This document shows positions 30,311 to 45,978 of a stretch of 64,000 bases of DNA, one piece after another; positions within the stretch are counted from its first letter, which is position 1, and each line of letters starts with the position of its first letter. The stretch comes from the human T2T-CHM13v2.0 reference genome, Homo sapiens. Location: positions 27,616,001-27,680,000 of the forward strand of contig CP068257.2 of assembly GCA_009914755.4 (NCBI GenBank). The letters are read 5' to 3'. Under the pieces are notes generated by a model that was given only the letters and a program-made list of their open reading frames with translations, did no database searches and had not been told where the DNA came from. The translations under genes and the position numbers were made by a program.

Positions 30311-30652
30311 ATTTATATTAAATTAAAATGGAAGAAATAATGAAGGCCTGAAGTAATGTTAATAGAGAGAAGGGGAGAAAAGTGCCTGATTTTAAGGATA
30401 TTTCAGAGGTAAATTCCATAGGATTTGGTGATTGATTGGTTTTGAGGAATCCAGATGAAATAGAGATGAGAACAAGCTAGCCTGGTGGAAGAGGGTGATA
30501 TCATCAATGGAGACTGAAAATATAAGCAACGAAGGAGTTTGAGGTGAGGAACGAGATGGGGTGATGGAGGAAGTAGGATCATAAAATGGATGTACAGAAT
30601 TAAGAAACTTTGGGACTATGGTTATGCCTGGGGCAACTGAAAGTAAAGATCT

Positions 30653-30947
30653 GCTGGGCATGGTGGCTCATGCCTGTAATTCCAGCACTTTGGGAGGTTG
30701 AGGGAGTGTGGATCGCTTCAGCCCAGGAGTTTGAGACCAGCCTGGGAAATATGGTAAAACCCCGTCTCTACAAAATACAAAAAAATTAGCTGGGCATGGT
30801 GGTGCATGCCTGTAGTCACCTATTTGGGAGGCTGAGGCAGGAGAACCACTTGAGTCCAGGAGGTCAAAGTTGCAGTGAGCCGAGATTGCGCCATTGCACT
30901 CCAGCCTGGGTGACAGAGAGAGACTCTGTCTCAAAAGAAGAAAAAAA
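30653..30947 (+). mobile_element. Alu SINE
   Basis: gctgggcatggtggctcatgcctgtaattccagcactttgggaggttgaggg...gactctgtctcaaaagaagaaaaaaa. A 12-bp target-site duplication agtaaagatctg flanks it. Confidence 0.92.
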
Positions 30948-31363
30948 GTAAAGATCTGAAAGCTTAGAAATAGGTTAGGGAGGGGGATATTGTCTTCCCA
31001 TCATTATTATATAAGGTAGTTTGCCATAACTATCATATGAGGTATTTAGGTCATCCTTTTTTGCTGATTTCACCTTGGCTTTATTCTACACTTTGATCTA
31101 GTATGTAAGCTTTTTTTTTCTTTCTTAAATCTCTTTGATTCTTCTGATTGCTTCCTCCTTATGTATAACCTCATCTGTTTTTTAAATGGATTGGATGGAG
31201 AGTTCAAACCTCACCTGACTTCCTGCACTAAAGCTCTTGTTTGTTTGGAATACAATTTGGGGGTGTTATCTCCTTATCTAAGCAACGTTTATGGTTGTGT
31301 AATCATTCTATTCTAAGTTTGTTTGCATTGTACTATAAGATGCCTTTTTCTATGCTTGGAGTT

Positions 31364-32062
<699 letters not shown>

Positions 32063-32591
32063 CTATATATGTTTATGGTTTTCATCACATTTGGAAAAAT
32101 TCTTCAGCCATTATGTCTTTAAATGTTTTTTTATGTTCTCTCCCATCCTTGGGAACTCCAATTACATGTATGTTAGGCTGCCCAAGATTGTCTCACAGTT
32201 AAGTGATGCTCTGTTCATTTTTTTTTTTCAGTTTATTCCGTTTCATTTTGGAGAGTTTCTATTGCTGTGTCTTCACATTAGTCCTTTCTTTTGTGGTACA
32301 GTCACAACTTCTCAGCAATAAAATGAATGAACTATTGATACACACAATAATGTGGGCAAATCCATACTTTTGTATCCATACAGTGTCTAATGTGCTGTTA
32401 ATCTCATACAACAGATGGAATTTTTATTTAAGACATTGTACTTTTTATTTCTAGGAGTTGGATTTGGGTCATTTTAATATATCCAAATCTCTATTAAAAA
32501 TGTTTCATCTTTCTCCTGCCTTCTTGTACATATGGAATATAGTTACAATGGAAATAGAGTTACAATATAGTTTTAATGTCCTTGTCTACTA

Positions 32592-32663
32592 ATTCTATCA
32601 GTTGTAGATCCATCATTTCTGGATCAAATTCTATCAGTTGTAGATCCATCATTTCTGGATCAA
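32592..32663. repeat. 36-bp tandem duplication (2 copies)
   Basis: attctatcagttgtagatccatcatttctggatcaa repeated twice back to back with one mismatch. Confidence 0.85.
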
Positions 32664-33418
32664 TTTCTATTGATTAACTTTTTCTTTCATTATGTTTTGT
32701 CATATTTTTCTGCTTCTTTGTGTACCTGGTAATATTTGATTGGATGTTGTTCATTGTAAATTTTATCTTGTTGGGGTTATTGATATTTTTGTATTCCTGT
32801 AAATATCTGAGTTTTATTGGGATGCAGTTACGAAAATAGTCTGAGCCTTTCAAACTTTTAAGCTTTGTGATTTGGGAGGAGAGCAGCCTTTAGTTTACGG
32901 CTAATTTTGCCCCATTACTCAAACAATACTCTTCTGAGTACTCTCTATCCAATGCTTCATGAATGAAGTTTTCCACTCCTGCTGGGAGACACCTGAACTA
33001 TTCCCTGTCTTGTGTGAGCTCCAGTATTTGCTTTCTTTGTTCCTTTCATATGGTTCTTTGCCTATCCGTCAACCTTTGCCTCACAGGCATGCAGTGAACA
33101 TTATTAAGCTGGAGACATGAGGGGGACTCTCTGCAGATCACTGGAGTTCTCTATGAAGCTCCCTTTCTTCAGCATTCTTCTCTGCAAATTCCAGCTGCCT
33201 TGGTTTTTCCAGATGACCAGCTCCAGCTTCTTAACTCTGATTGACCACCAGGCTCCCCACTTGGGTTTCCTCTCTTCAGGCAGTAATCTGGGGCACCCAT
33301 AGGACTCATTTTATTTGTTTCCCACTCTCAGGGAACACTGTCCTGTGTTGCTAGAATCCAATAGAAAAACCATTGTTTCATTTTTTTTTTTCTGATTTTT
33401 TAGTTTCTGGTGGGAGGG

Positions 33419-33792
33419 TGTATTAGTTCTTGCATTGCTATAAAGAAATATATAAAACTGGGTAATTTATAAAGAAAAGTTTAATTAGCTCACAGTTCCA
33501 CAGGCTGTACAGGAAGCATAGCTGGGGAGGCCTCAGGAAACTTACAGTCATGGTGGAAGTTGAAGGGGAAGCAGGCATGTCTTCATATGTTCAGAGCAGG
33601 AGGAAGGGAAAGAAGGGGGAGGTGCTACACACTTCTTAACAACCAGATCTCATGAGAACTCACGATTACAAGAATAGCAAGGGAGAAAGCCACCTCCATG
33701 ATCCAATCACCTCCCATCAGGCCCCTCTCCCAACACTGGGGATTATAATTTGACATGAGATTTGGGCAGAGATGCAGATCCAAACCATATCA
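33419..33792 (-). mobile_element. MST-type (ERVL-MaLR) solo LTR
   Basis: tgtattagttcttgcattgctataaagaaatatataaaactgggtaatttataaagaaaagtttaattagctcacagttccacaggctgtacaggaagcatagctggggaggcctcaggaaacttacagtcatggtggaag...gatgcagatccaaaccatatca. Confidence 0.7.
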
Positions 33793-36000
33793 GAGGGTAA
33801 ACCTTGTTTCTGTTACCCTATCTTGGTCATAAGCAGAAATCCAGATGCATTCTGCAAACATATTTTTTCTTTGTTTTCTCCCATTGGCACTTAGTCTCAT
33901 AAATCTGACAGATTTCTATTTATGAAGAAGTAGTAAATGGGCCACACCTGTGTGACTTTCTTCCTCAGGGAATCAAAGGAAGTCATTCCTTACGTTTCAA
34001 TTCAATTCAATTCCTATCATTGAATTCTATCTGTGTGACTGAAACTAATTCTTGAAAAAATGTTTCGTTCCAGTCCTCCTCTTTCTTTTTTAATGCCTTT
34101 CAGCTGTTCCCAATACTATCTGATGGAAACACTGAAGTTACACTGATGGCTGTTCAGCATCAGTGGCCAAGAGCACAGATATTGGCATCAATCAGAGCTG
34201 GATCTGCATCTTGGCACAACTACTGCATAATCACAGCATTCCTTGAGCTCTTGCTACCTGGCCAGGCAAGGTGTGATGGGCTTTTATATGAACGATTTCA
34301 ATGAGTATTCACAACAATCCTACCTAATAGCATAGTTGGCGTTATTATTATGAGTTATCACATGGAGGTCTGCAACAGCAGTCAGTGTGTCTGAGTTGAA
34401 TCCTGGCATTACCCCTTACTATCTTTGCATTATTGAGGAAGTCCTTTAACCTCTTCAAGCTTTGGATTCTTCATTTGTAAAGTGGTAATAACATCTTCCT
34501 CAATGTGCTGTGAAGACTCTAAAAGAAAAAATATATAAAGTGCTTAGCACAGTGATTGGTGCACATGAGTGCTCAATAAAAGGTGACTAGATGCATTATT
34601 TTTCTGTGAAACATTGAGAATAAAAGGGATGTTGCCTTGTAGCTTTCAAACAAAGACTTTTTGGAAACTTGATAAAGAGGCCATGAGAATGCACCTCCCA
34701 GACCTTCTACCACAGGGCATAGTAGAAGGCCATTTGTAATTGGCCTATGGCACCAGCTACTAAGTTTTGAAATGCATGGGTACCTTTGCTTGAGGCTTGA
34801 GGCTATACTTCCCATGGGCTGCTCCTTGCCAGTGATGCAGTGTAGTGGGGATACAAAGGCAGACTCATTCATAGAGCCATGGGACTCCTACCAGTGTCCA
34901 CTTAGGCTCAAGGACTTTCTGCTAACTTTGTTGAACCTTCGTTAGACTGCACTGTATTTCTACGATGCTTCCATGCAATCTTCTCTCCTCTCTTCTTTGC
35001 TTGAGATTAGGCTTGCAATGGAGTCTTATTGCTCTACCTGCTGTTTCCTTTCACACAGGCATTCCTTCTAATCAATTCCTTGCATGTTTAATCCTGTTCC
35101 AGGTGTTGGCTTGTTAGAGGATCTGAACTAACACACTTGCGTTCTTGTTCAGTGTACCCTGGCAATCATGCTGATTGGAACTTGCAAAGGGTTTTTCCTG
35201 GCCCCTATCTCAGGAAAATGATGTTCACCACTATTTTCCTTAGAAGTCTCTCTTCATTCCTCCAATGGTTCCTTGACCTCATTCATTTGATTTCCCACCA
35301 TATTTTAACAGTGAGAGTCACCTCCCATCACCCTTCTTTGATTTTCCTTCCAGCCACCTATATTTAGTAATTCATTCTTCATCTGCTCCTTTTTTTCTCT
35401 CTCTTCCTTGCAACTTTGAATTGTAGGATGTTTAGTGAGACATCCTATATCCTTCATATATCTTTGCACTTCCTCAACTTTTAATTGCAGTCAACTTTGC
35501 AAATTTGCATAGAGATTTTCTTTATATAATTAAGTTACATATAATGGAATTTTTACCGTTTTTGTGATTCTTTCTTATAACTCTATGTTCTACATAACCC
35601 TGCATTTAAATACTCATTCAGTTTAGTATTGGACAAATTACTTCTCTGATTCTCAAACTCCTCGCTGTGAAACAGGGATGAGCATACATGCCCCTTCTGG
35701 TTGTTGTGAAGATTAAATGAACACACATCAATGGAACCTAGCTCTGTGCCCAATGTTTGGCAAAAGTTAGTTCATTCTCCTACCTAGGTAACTCAAAATC
35801 TAAGACAGTTCTTGGTTGTATTAAGAAGAAATAAAATACTGCTTAAACTGAAAACATTCAAAGATAGAAAGCAGGCTCATAGAAGTTAGCACAGCTAAGG
35901 GCAAGATTTGAATTCAGATTTCCTGATCCCAGAGTGTGCCTTAATTACTAATCATTTATTATAAAAGAAGACAAAAAGTACTTCACTTCTATCTTGTCAG

Positions 36001-36337
36001 TGTGTTAGTCTGTTTGGGCTGCTATAACAAAATACTATAAACTGGGAGGCTTACAAAACAGAATTTTATTTTTCACAGTTCTGGAGGCTGGGAAGTCTGA
36101 GATCCAGAAACGGGCAGATTCTGTGTCTAGAGAGGACCCACTTCCTGGTTCATGGATGGTGCCTTCTTGCCGTGTTCTCACATAGTAGAAGAAGCTAGTC
36201 AGCTCTCTGGGGTCTCTTTTATAAGTATACTAAGTGCATTAATCACTTCCTAAAAGTGCCATTTTCTAAAACCATCACCTTGGGGTTAGGATTTTCACAT
36301 ATGGATCTTGAGGGAACACAAACATTCAGATCATAGC
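36001..36337 (-). mobile_element. ERVL-MaLR solo LTR (MLT-type)
   Basis: tgtgttagtctgtttgggctgctataacaaaatactataaactgggaggcttacaaaacagaattttatttttcacagttctggaggctgggaagtctgagatccag...caccttggggttaggattttcacatatggatcttgagggaacacaaacattcagatcatagca. Confidence 0.6.
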
Positions 36338-36904
36338 AGGTGGGTTCCCCAGAAGCAGACCCTGAGACAAGGATTCATGTGCAAGTGATTTGTTATTTAT
36401 TATTTTCCTCCCAAGGGAAATCAGTAAGGAAATGAAGGAAGAATAGGGAAGGAGAGGAAGCCAAACAAGGTGCAATATTGGACAAAAGTCCTGCGGAAGA
36501 TAGGTGTGGCCTGATCCCATAGGGGAACTTAGAGAATAACGTGAGGCAGAGGAGCTTGGCTTTCATACTCCTCTGCCCAGCAGCTAAGCACCATCCAGAG
36601 AGAGGTAAAGTTGCAGGCATTTCTGAATCAACATGTGCAGGGGATGGGGGTGGGAAGCAGCTTCACTGACTGAGGGAAGTCTTCTAAAGAAGGGCTGGCC
36701 ATCGGGAGCAAGAGCAGAGAGGTGCACAAAAATGGTAAAAGGGGTCTGAAGGGTCTCGGTGGATCACCAACACTGTGTACTTCAACTCCAGCCTGCTCCC
36801 TGGGAGGCTGTTTTCACAGTTTTGTTTTCACTTAGAAGATGCTTATTTCAAAGAGCGTGCACGCAGCTGCATCTTCAACCTTTTTCCATTGACTGGATTT
36901 TTAA

Positions 36905-36941
36905 ATACACACACACACACTCACACACACACACACACACC
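36905..36941. repeat. (CA)n microsatellite
   Basis: acacacacacactcacacacacacacacacacccc. Confidence 0.85.
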
Positions 36942-39609
36942 CCTCTATTCCAAAGGCCATCATCAAACCGGTTTATAACTGAAATTTAAATTAGGGTAAT
37001 ATCTCTTGGATAGTTTCACATTAAGGAATGATTAGTATTCCTCTTGCATAACTTCAAAGCTAAAAAATCCTCAGTGCCACCATTTTCATATTTCTTGATG
37101 CTATCTAGTCCCTTCTCAGAATCAGCAAATTAGGCTTGGGCAGGACCTGATCTCTGCTTCACCCTTGCTTTTATCTAAAATATTCTTGGCTTCTATAATA
37201 ATGAAGCTAATACTTATACAATTATGCCTATGTGCTGGTCTAAATGCTCTTTGTATGTTAACTCATTTAATATTTGCAACAACTCTGTTGTAATAAGTAC
37301 CAGCATAATCCCTGTTTATGGGTGAAGAAACAGGCACAAATGGGTAAGTAGTAGAAGTGGGTTTCAAACACTCTGGCTCTAACTAAAGTCCATGTTTGTA
37401 ATCATTATGCTGAAATGCCTCTCCACGAGGGATGAAAGTCCCTCCAAAAGCAGCCTACATTGATTTCTGTTCCATCTACTTTCTCATCAATGACTTCCTG
37501 TTAGCCTGAATTGAACTAATAAGTACTCAAGACTAGTAAATACTTAGTTCCTGAACTTGGTGATTCAGATAGCAGGAAGCCCAATGTAGCTTCCTTCCAG
37601 TTTCTATTCTAGGCCATCCGTGGCTTGCTTCATATTCTCTCCCAGCAGGACTCCACAGAGGCCAGGATTTTGACACTTTTGACTATTATAAATAAAACTG
37701 ATCAAAATACCTCCTACAAATCATATGACATAATAGGGAATTAATAGACCTTTTATTAAATGATTACAAATCATACTTAAAAAGGATATAACTGCACACT
37801 GTATGATATAAAGCTTTAAAACATGCACATAAATTGATATAAGAAGGCACTTATGAAGTCCATACAGTCAAATTTATTTACCTGTATTTATTTACAGGAT
37901 CTTCAGGGAATGTTTCAGGTGGAGGAAGGGGCTCTTGGTCAATGAGCCTGAAGACTGCATGGCAACCTTTGCCAGCTTTTGGCCTGAAAACTCAACTTCT
38001 TCATTTGAGATAATTCCTGTTTTATATACTTTCATTTGAGATATTCCTGGTGTATCAACTGAAACAAAATCTATGAAATATCAGATTCACAAAAATACAT
38101 TTTGAATATTGAACGTGGATAGATGTATTTAAATCTTTCCTATTTTTTGCACTTTCATAATATATATCATTCTTTATTTTTCTACTAATAATGATGAATC
38201 TACAGTATCTCAGGGCCTTATTTTCAATATCTTAACTGGATTTTTAATAAAAGTCTTACTGAATAGGTAACACTTGTTTCCAAAAACTATGCTCACCTGT
38301 CAATGATTCAGAATTCGTCTCTGTCATCCCTCTGCTACTTAGCATTCAGTGCCCTCTACTGCCCTCCCCGACTCCACCAAAATTCTCTCAGGCCCCAACA
38401 GTGGCATGGATTCTGCTCTCGATGCTTTCTTCCACTTTCCTGTCAAAATGCATTTAAATCCCATTCGCCATGAGTATTTTTATGAGCTGCTTCTCACTAG
38501 AGTGATTACGACTGTCCTTAAATGTGGCTTAATGTTTGCCCTCTGAAAGAATTTGAATTTTAACAGAGAACTTCTGAATACGCAAAACCTTCACCCCAAA
38601 TAATCAATCTTTAAGGGATTTCGGGCGCCAACTAGAAAAGTAATAAGGGCACAGACTGATCTGTTTGTATCTGCTAATAGAAACACGGATTTTTGTCTAT
38701 TAAAAAGTGATAGAAATGTCTATGATTAATGTTTTCTTTCCTATGCCACATCATGCGGTGCTTGCACATGGTTTTATGCTTGACTTCCCATTGCTAAGGA
38801 TAAAGAATCAAATTATATTAGAGCTTGTTTTTGGAAACCCAAGGGGTACATGTAGTTAATTAGAGATATGCCCTCTGTTTATTTTCCCTGTTTTTCCTAA
38901 GGGATGTAAAAAACATTTTCAATAGTATTCCTTCTGGAAATCTTATTTAGCCAGTGGGTAATTTTCCAGTGTTCTAACCAATTTAAATGGATGCTTTTAG
39001 AACTGTAAGCTTAATATTCATTCTAGAGCCTCTTTTTACTTAGGTAAAATTCTCAAATTGCTAGTATAAAAAGATATTTCCTTTTATTAAATGGGATTCA
39101 ACATCTCATTCCTGTAGCTTCAGTTCAGAGACATGGATTTAAAATACATTTAGTTTATTTTGACCATGTTAAGTGGATCTGCTTTTTTAAATTTATGCAA
39201 TTATGACAGATGTTTTATTGATTATTCTTTCATAAAATGCACAATAAGAGGCCGAGTATCAGAATAATTCCATATAATTTCACATGCTCCCCCAATGTTT
39301 TTGCATAGCTTAAATCCATAAAATTGTTTTGAAGGATTTTAATTTCTTTTTTGTTTGGCAGCTGTCCCATGTTTCGAAAAAGCCATTTCCTGGAACTTTG
39401 TCAGAGTATTTTTACTGGCTTATCTATATCTGTGTTCTGTTATGTGTGACCTCATTATATCCAAGGGGAGGTAGCAATACTGAAGTCAATAATATTCTTC
39501 ATAATTTCATAATAACATACATCTTTTGTTCTTTTATTACTGTCGGCACTATTATACTGTCATTCAGTGCTATTCATTTGCCAGCCTCCAGGATCATTGG
39601 TGTAGGTTG

Positions 39610-39965
39610 AGCGTCTTGGTCAATTTGTGCTGCTTTAACAGAATACCACAGTGGCTTGTACAACAAGCACTTATTTCTTACAGTTCCGGAGGCTGGAAGT
39701 CCAAGATCACGGTTCAGCTTGGTCAGGTTCTGCTGAAGGCCCTCTTTTGGGTTGCAGATGTCACCTTCTTGCTGTGTTTTCACATGGTGGGATGAGGGAG
39801 GGAGCTTTTTGGGGTTCTTTTATAAGGGCACTAATTACATTTATGAGGTTTCCATCCTCAAGAACTAATCACCTTCCAAAGGCCTGACCCCCTAATAACA
39901 TTACAATGGGGGTTAGGATTTCAACATAAGAACTTTGGTGAGACATAAACATTCAGTTTATTGCA
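39610..39965 (-). mobile_element. ERVL-MaLR solo LTR (MLT-type), same family as 36001-36337
   Basis: gtgctgctttaacagaataccacagtggcttgtacaacaagcacttatttcttacagttccggaggctggaagtccaagatcacgg...cattacaatgggggttaggatttcaacataagaactttggtgagacataaacattcagtttattgca. Confidence 0.6.
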
Positions 39966-41686
39966 CTGAATATTTTCATAACAATCCACTTACTCCCATA
40001 CAACAGAGGATGCATGACTTCAGGGTTCTTAGCATGTATGTTTATACAGAATGACAAGAGGAACTTGAGATTAAGGGGTATCAGTTAAGACTGCATTTGG
40101 CTTTATGTCACAGAAACTCAACTCTAGAAGCTTAACTGAATAGGGTTTTCTTTCTCTGCTTTTAAAAGAAGAGTAAACTCAGTAACCAGGGCTAATCAGC
40201 TGCTCAAGAAAAGTCATCAAGCACCTGAGCTTCTTCCTAGCTTCCTGCTCTGCTATGCTTAGCCTGTAGTTTTCATCCTCATGATTGAAAGAAAAGAGCT
40301 CCTCCTCCAGTCATTCAAGGAAGGTGGACAGAGGGCATAAGCGCAGCTGATTCAGCCTTTTGTTATCAGGAAAGTAAAAACTTTCCTGGAAATTGTATTG
40401 AGTCCATATTTGCTTATATGTGATTGAGAAGGACTAGGTCACATAGCTAATGCAATCTGGAAAGGCATGTTTTAAGTTGGTACATTGCACATTTAATCAG
40501 GATTATGTTAGAAAGAAAGGGATATTGGGTAGACAAAGCAGTGTCTGTCACAAAGGGATTAAGGGCAAGGTAAGTGTATGGAAAATAAAGCATCCCTGAT
40601 CTAAAGGTCAGTCCTGAAGCTACTATGATTAATAAAGAGGGTGTTTCCATGAAGTAGGAACCACCTGAACCAGGTCACTGCAGGATTGTCATCTCACCAT
40701 GATTTTGAACTTGCTGATGCAGAAAACTGAACTATAGACACATTGGTGGTGATAACAGCTTTAGGATGCACATTCACCTGAAGCTGCAGAGGCAGGGGGA
40801 ACACTGGAAAGATAATTTATTGATTTACAATGAGGATATAGCTAACAAGTGTTTCAAATATTGATGCTTATTAACCAACCCATCTCTTCCAGTAGGTAAA
40901 TGTACATGTAAAGGCAAATAATTATTGGAAAGAAATCAAAGAGAAATCCAGGTTGGAAGACCTCTATAGCTAATGTAGTAGAACCAAACCATGGTAGCCT
41001 GTGCTTCCATCCTTCTCCTGTCCTGCAGGTTAACAGGGCCCAGGAGTAAAATACTGAGTCCCAGGCAGGGCAAGGGATATGATGCTCCTATTTGTACCTC
41101 TAGCTTTCCCTTCACTGGCTTTAGGAGTTGATTTAGCTTCTCTTTACTACATCCACATTCTTTCCTTTGATGTGTTAATATAGTCACTCTCCTTACCCCC
41201 AAGTCTTGATCTGGTGAATCAGTCAGGGAACTGATAGAAAACAGATGGAACCATTTACAAGGATGAGGGCAGGGAACCCACCAAAGGGGTGATGCACCCT
41301 AGGGCTAACCAAAGTAGGGAGATACCACTACCCTTAGAGTGATGTTGCTTTGGCTTTAGCTGTAGGTGAAGGTGGCCTGGCAGGAGCTGGGGACTTTGGT
41401 AGAGGAATACAGCCATAGCCAACCCTTGGCCTGGCAGGTAGACAGCTGAGTTCCTGTAGACATCTGCCGTTATCCGTATCAACCAGAAGTGAGGGAGCAT
41501 GGGGAATCCATGAATACCATCCTAAAAGGCCTGCCTCCTAGGGTACAGAGAAGTGTGGAGGAGGCTGGAGAGGGAATCTGGAGCGATCAAGGCTGAAAAC
41601 CCAGCACCCCTAATCAATTGACTGTTCTATCTCTTCATGCTAATAACCATCTCTCTCCTCTGATCCAGTAGTTCTTATTCAAAGAT

Positions 41687-41797
41687 GAATCATTTTCCTC
41701 CCTTTCCAAAGTGCTCCCTATGTATGGCACCTCAGTCCAGGTGAATCATTTTCCTCCCTTTCCAAAGTGATCCCTATGTATGGCACCTCAGTCCAGG
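41687..41797. repeat. 56-bp tandem duplication (2 copies, 1 mismatch)
   Basis: gaatcattttcctccctttccaaagtgctccctatgtatggcacctcagtccaggt followed by gaatcattttcctccctttccaaagtgatccctatgtatggcacctcagtccagg. Confidence 0.9.
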
Positions 41798-42879
41798 GAA
41801 TAGGCTGTTATGATGACAACCTGTGTCTACGGTCTCTCCTCTAGGAGTTCAGTACTTCTTCTCATGGTGGCCACTCAGACCTCAGTTAGCTCATGATTGA
41901 ATTATCTGGCTTATCTTTTTACCCAGATGCCAGGAAGCTATAGACAAATCTGTAGCTCATCTTTATCAAAGATACATGTTTTGCAATATGTATGTTTTAG
42001 CTTCTTTCCTGATTCCATTTTTTGATTTCCACTTTGTTCCTTTATTCCTTTACACTTTCTTTTAATGTATACGCACATTTCTCATATTGGGGCATGAATA
42101 TCTTTAGGTCAGGGTTTCTCAGCCTTGGCTCTGTGGAAACTTGGGCGAGATAATTATTTGTTCTGAATGGCGAATAACGTATCCTTATTCACAAAGTATT
42201 TTATCCATGGGTACTGTCCTGTGCATTGTAGAATGTTTGGCAGCATCTCTGGCCTCTACCTCCTAGAGGCTAGAACCACCCACCCCATAACAATATCTCC
42301 TGCTGCAGGGGGTGGGGGGTGCAAAATTGGCCTCTATTGAGAACCTGAATGAGAACCTGATTGAGGACACTGAATGAAGTGTTATATGAAGAGGTGAAGT
42401 AAAAATATGAGTCAAAATATGGCACCTCTCTTGGTTGTGCCAGTTTTGCATTAAAAAATGGAGAATACATTTATTAAAACAAGTATGTTATAGAGTAGCC
42501 TTTACTACTTCCAGAACGTTTCAGAATAAAAGATCAGGAGCTGCAGGCTACAATCCTTGGTGTAAACACGAACAAATACATAGAACAAAGCTATCAGACT
42601 GGATTTTTCTGTCTTTTGCAGACGTGTGACTATGGTTGAAGGTGCTGTCTCTGATTCAGTACCAAGCATAAGCATCACTGACTCTGCAGGAAGGCACTGG
42701 CACCAAACATTTAGTAACTTTTCCGCAGGCTTGAGGGATTGGTTACATGAAGCTTTGGGCAGTCTTCTGTCACCTTTCTGGCTGGAACTCTACTTTCTTC
42801 TCCCCTCACTCCTCCCCAGTTGGGTGCAGAGCAGTCAGGCTACATCCAAGATTCTGAGGGTCTCACTTTCTATCCCCAG

Positions 42880-42945
42880 ACATTTATATGTATGTATATG
42901 TGTGTGTATACATATATTTGTGTGTGTGTATATATGGTGATAAAT
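42880..42945. repeat. (TG)n/(TA)n compound simple repeat
   Basis: tatgtatgtatatgtgtgtgtatacatatatttgtgtgtgtgtatatatgg. Confidence 0.8.
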
Positions 42946-45676
42946 GTATAAATATTATTATAAAACACTTAAACATTTATTATAAACTGTTATGTTAATA
43001 TAAAAAATATATGTATGTACATATACATATAATACATATAAAAACACCTTGCAGCATTAGCTTATGAGAGAAGAATTTCTCTACTTCATTAAATAAATAT
43101 ATGTAACAGAATGAGAGAAAATCTGTAGCACAATGAATTCTAATGGAGGACAATTTCAAGTGTCATTTTAGGTCTAGGAGCTTGACACAGGTTTAAAATG
43201 AAACAGCCTTTTTCAATATTTTCTGTTTTATTTACTGAACTTTCCTCTAAGTCATGATCATTGGGGTTGTGGTTCTTCTTACAAAGTTAACTCCATTTTC
43301 ATGCTCCATTTTAATCATCTGATATTTTATTTAATCTTGATTTTGGTTATCTATTGCTATATTAAAAAAACTGCAAAATTTCATGACTTTAAACAATAAT
43401 CATTTTACTATTTCATAATTCTATGTGTTGGCTGGGCTCAGCTGGTAAGTTCTTTTGTATAGACTTGACCAAAGAACATCCTAGATGGCTCATTCACATG
43501 ACTGGCACTTGATGCTCAGTACTGGCTGGTTGCTCTGCTGGGGCTCCTGAGTGAAGAGGCCACACATGCCCCATGCATGGTGGTTTGGTTCTGAGAGAGG
43601 GTGTCCCAAGAGAGCTCATTTGAAGAAAGAGGAAGTAGAGGCTAACAGTCTTCTAAAAGACTAGAACCAGAACTGGCAGAGCATCACTTCTGCAGTGTCT
43701 TCTTGGTGATGCAGTCACAGGGCCAGATTCAAGATGATGAAAAATAAACTCCCATTCTTGACGGGGAAAACGATAAAAATTTTGTGGCCATCTTTAGTCC
43801 ACTGCAACCTCCTACTGGTTTTCAGAAGCGCAATTTTTTTTGGATATTTGGGCCACTTTGGTTGTCATTAAATCTGGTATCTGAGCAGCACCTCTTTCAC
43901 TGATTTGGCCCCTGTCCCACTGAGTTCTTCTGCTTCAAAACTGGCTATTTCCTTTTCATTTTTCTGCCTTTATCTTAATTTTACACTTTGTAACATTTCA
44001 AACCAGAGGCTACACCTCATCTTTGATTTCAGTTATCAGGTAAACATGAGGGTGTGTTTACTCATCTGCTCCAGGAAGTTCTCATTGTCTTCTAATAAAA
44101 TATGTTCATTTTCCATAAAACTTTCCAACCTGGAGGCAGGGGTGCTATGACTTTAATCCATAGTCACATCTCAGGGTACAGGTGTCAAAGAGCAGTTGTT
44201 CAAGTGGGAGACTTGTGTTGATCTGGGTAATCCCCCACCTTTAAAGCCTAGTTGTTTTGCCCCACCCCCCCTCCAATATTTTCTTGACTTAGTGAGTGAA
44301 TACTTAAAGACAAAAGGAGCTAAGGCAATGAAGATGGAGGGAATGAAGTTCTGGGAAGGCTGGAGGGGTATGCAGATTTGTAGGGGTTACAGATGTCATG
44401 CTGCATCTGTGGAAATGAGGATTCAAAACCAAAGGTGGGTAGGGAATAAATGTGGATGTGTGGATCTTTCCTGAGGTTAGGGAGGAGGACAGGGGACAAG
44501 GGTTACACTGACTACACATCAAAGTTTTTTCAGGATATGTATTATGTCTTACTGTCCAAATATTATGCTATGGTGTTCCTTATAGCCATGAACATGTCAC
44601 CTATCTGTATGATTTAGCTCCCTCATTTTTGAGAGTCAGGCAAGACAACCTGCTATTAGAGGAGAAAATGATGGTGTTTGTATCTAGGTTTTATTAAAAA
44701 TCATTCCCTAACTATGGCTTATAGTTATTTAAATTGTTTTCAGAGTTAATGATAAGATTTTATTTTGGTAATAAAATCAGTATGATGGCCAGAAAGAAGA
44801 TATGAATGTTTGGAAAAATTGGAAATATCATTTTTGAAAGAAATGTGACAATGCACATATATAACATCTTGCGAATGGTATTGTATATCACCAAACCTGC
44901 TCACAGCAGGAAAACTAGCCATCACTTCTCACAGTCAATGAGAAGTATAAATCAAGGACATAGCAGTAAGCTGTGATACCCAAGCTTCACGGATAAATTC
45001 TCCTAAAGAATAATGCACTAAAAACAAAACTACATGACAAAAAAAAGCACTAATTGCAAATCACTGTGAAACAGTAGCACAAAATCTTTATATTGTGCTA
45101 CTAGTGACAGCAACAGAAGACAGTCAAACGCCTAGGCAGATAGAGGCAGGTCCCCGGTGAAACCCCACCTCCAAGCTGAAGACAGTTTAAAGCCTGAAAG
45201 CCAAACTACAAGTTAAATTTTCAGACTAGATTGAGAACTTGTCTTCCTGTTTGGCACGCTTTCCTCTGATCTCCACCCTTCACCTATTTTACGTATACTT
45301 ACCCTTTCTAATTGGTTTTCTACACTGTCGTGCCTGCCTTTGAGTGGTGTCTTTGCTTTAACCTTTTTTTGCAAACTCACAAACCAATCAGCATGCACTC
45401 CCCATTCTGAGTGCATAAAAGCCCCAGGCTCAGCCACATGAGAGGGGATTTTCCCACTTTCGGGTAGGGGAACTGCTCCCAGCATTCGCTCTTTGCTGAG
45501 AGCTTTCCTTTTGCTTAATCAATTCCACTCCACTCACTTTCCGGTGTCTGTGTGCCTAGTTTTTCCTGGTTGTGAGACAAGAACTTGGACCTAGCTGAGC
45601 TAAGGAGCAGAAAGACTGCCAAGACTAGGCTACTTGTCCCAGTTTCAAACTATTATCAATACTAATTGAAAGCAAT

Positions 45677-45978
<302 letters not shown>

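Noticed and set aside
38349-38546. 65-aa ORF and nearby exon-like acceptor at 37880-37890 (tgtatttatttacag|gatcttcag)
   Set aside because: These are isolated splice-like motifs with no matching donor in frame and no other support. Such motifs are common in AT-rich intronic or intergenic sequence.
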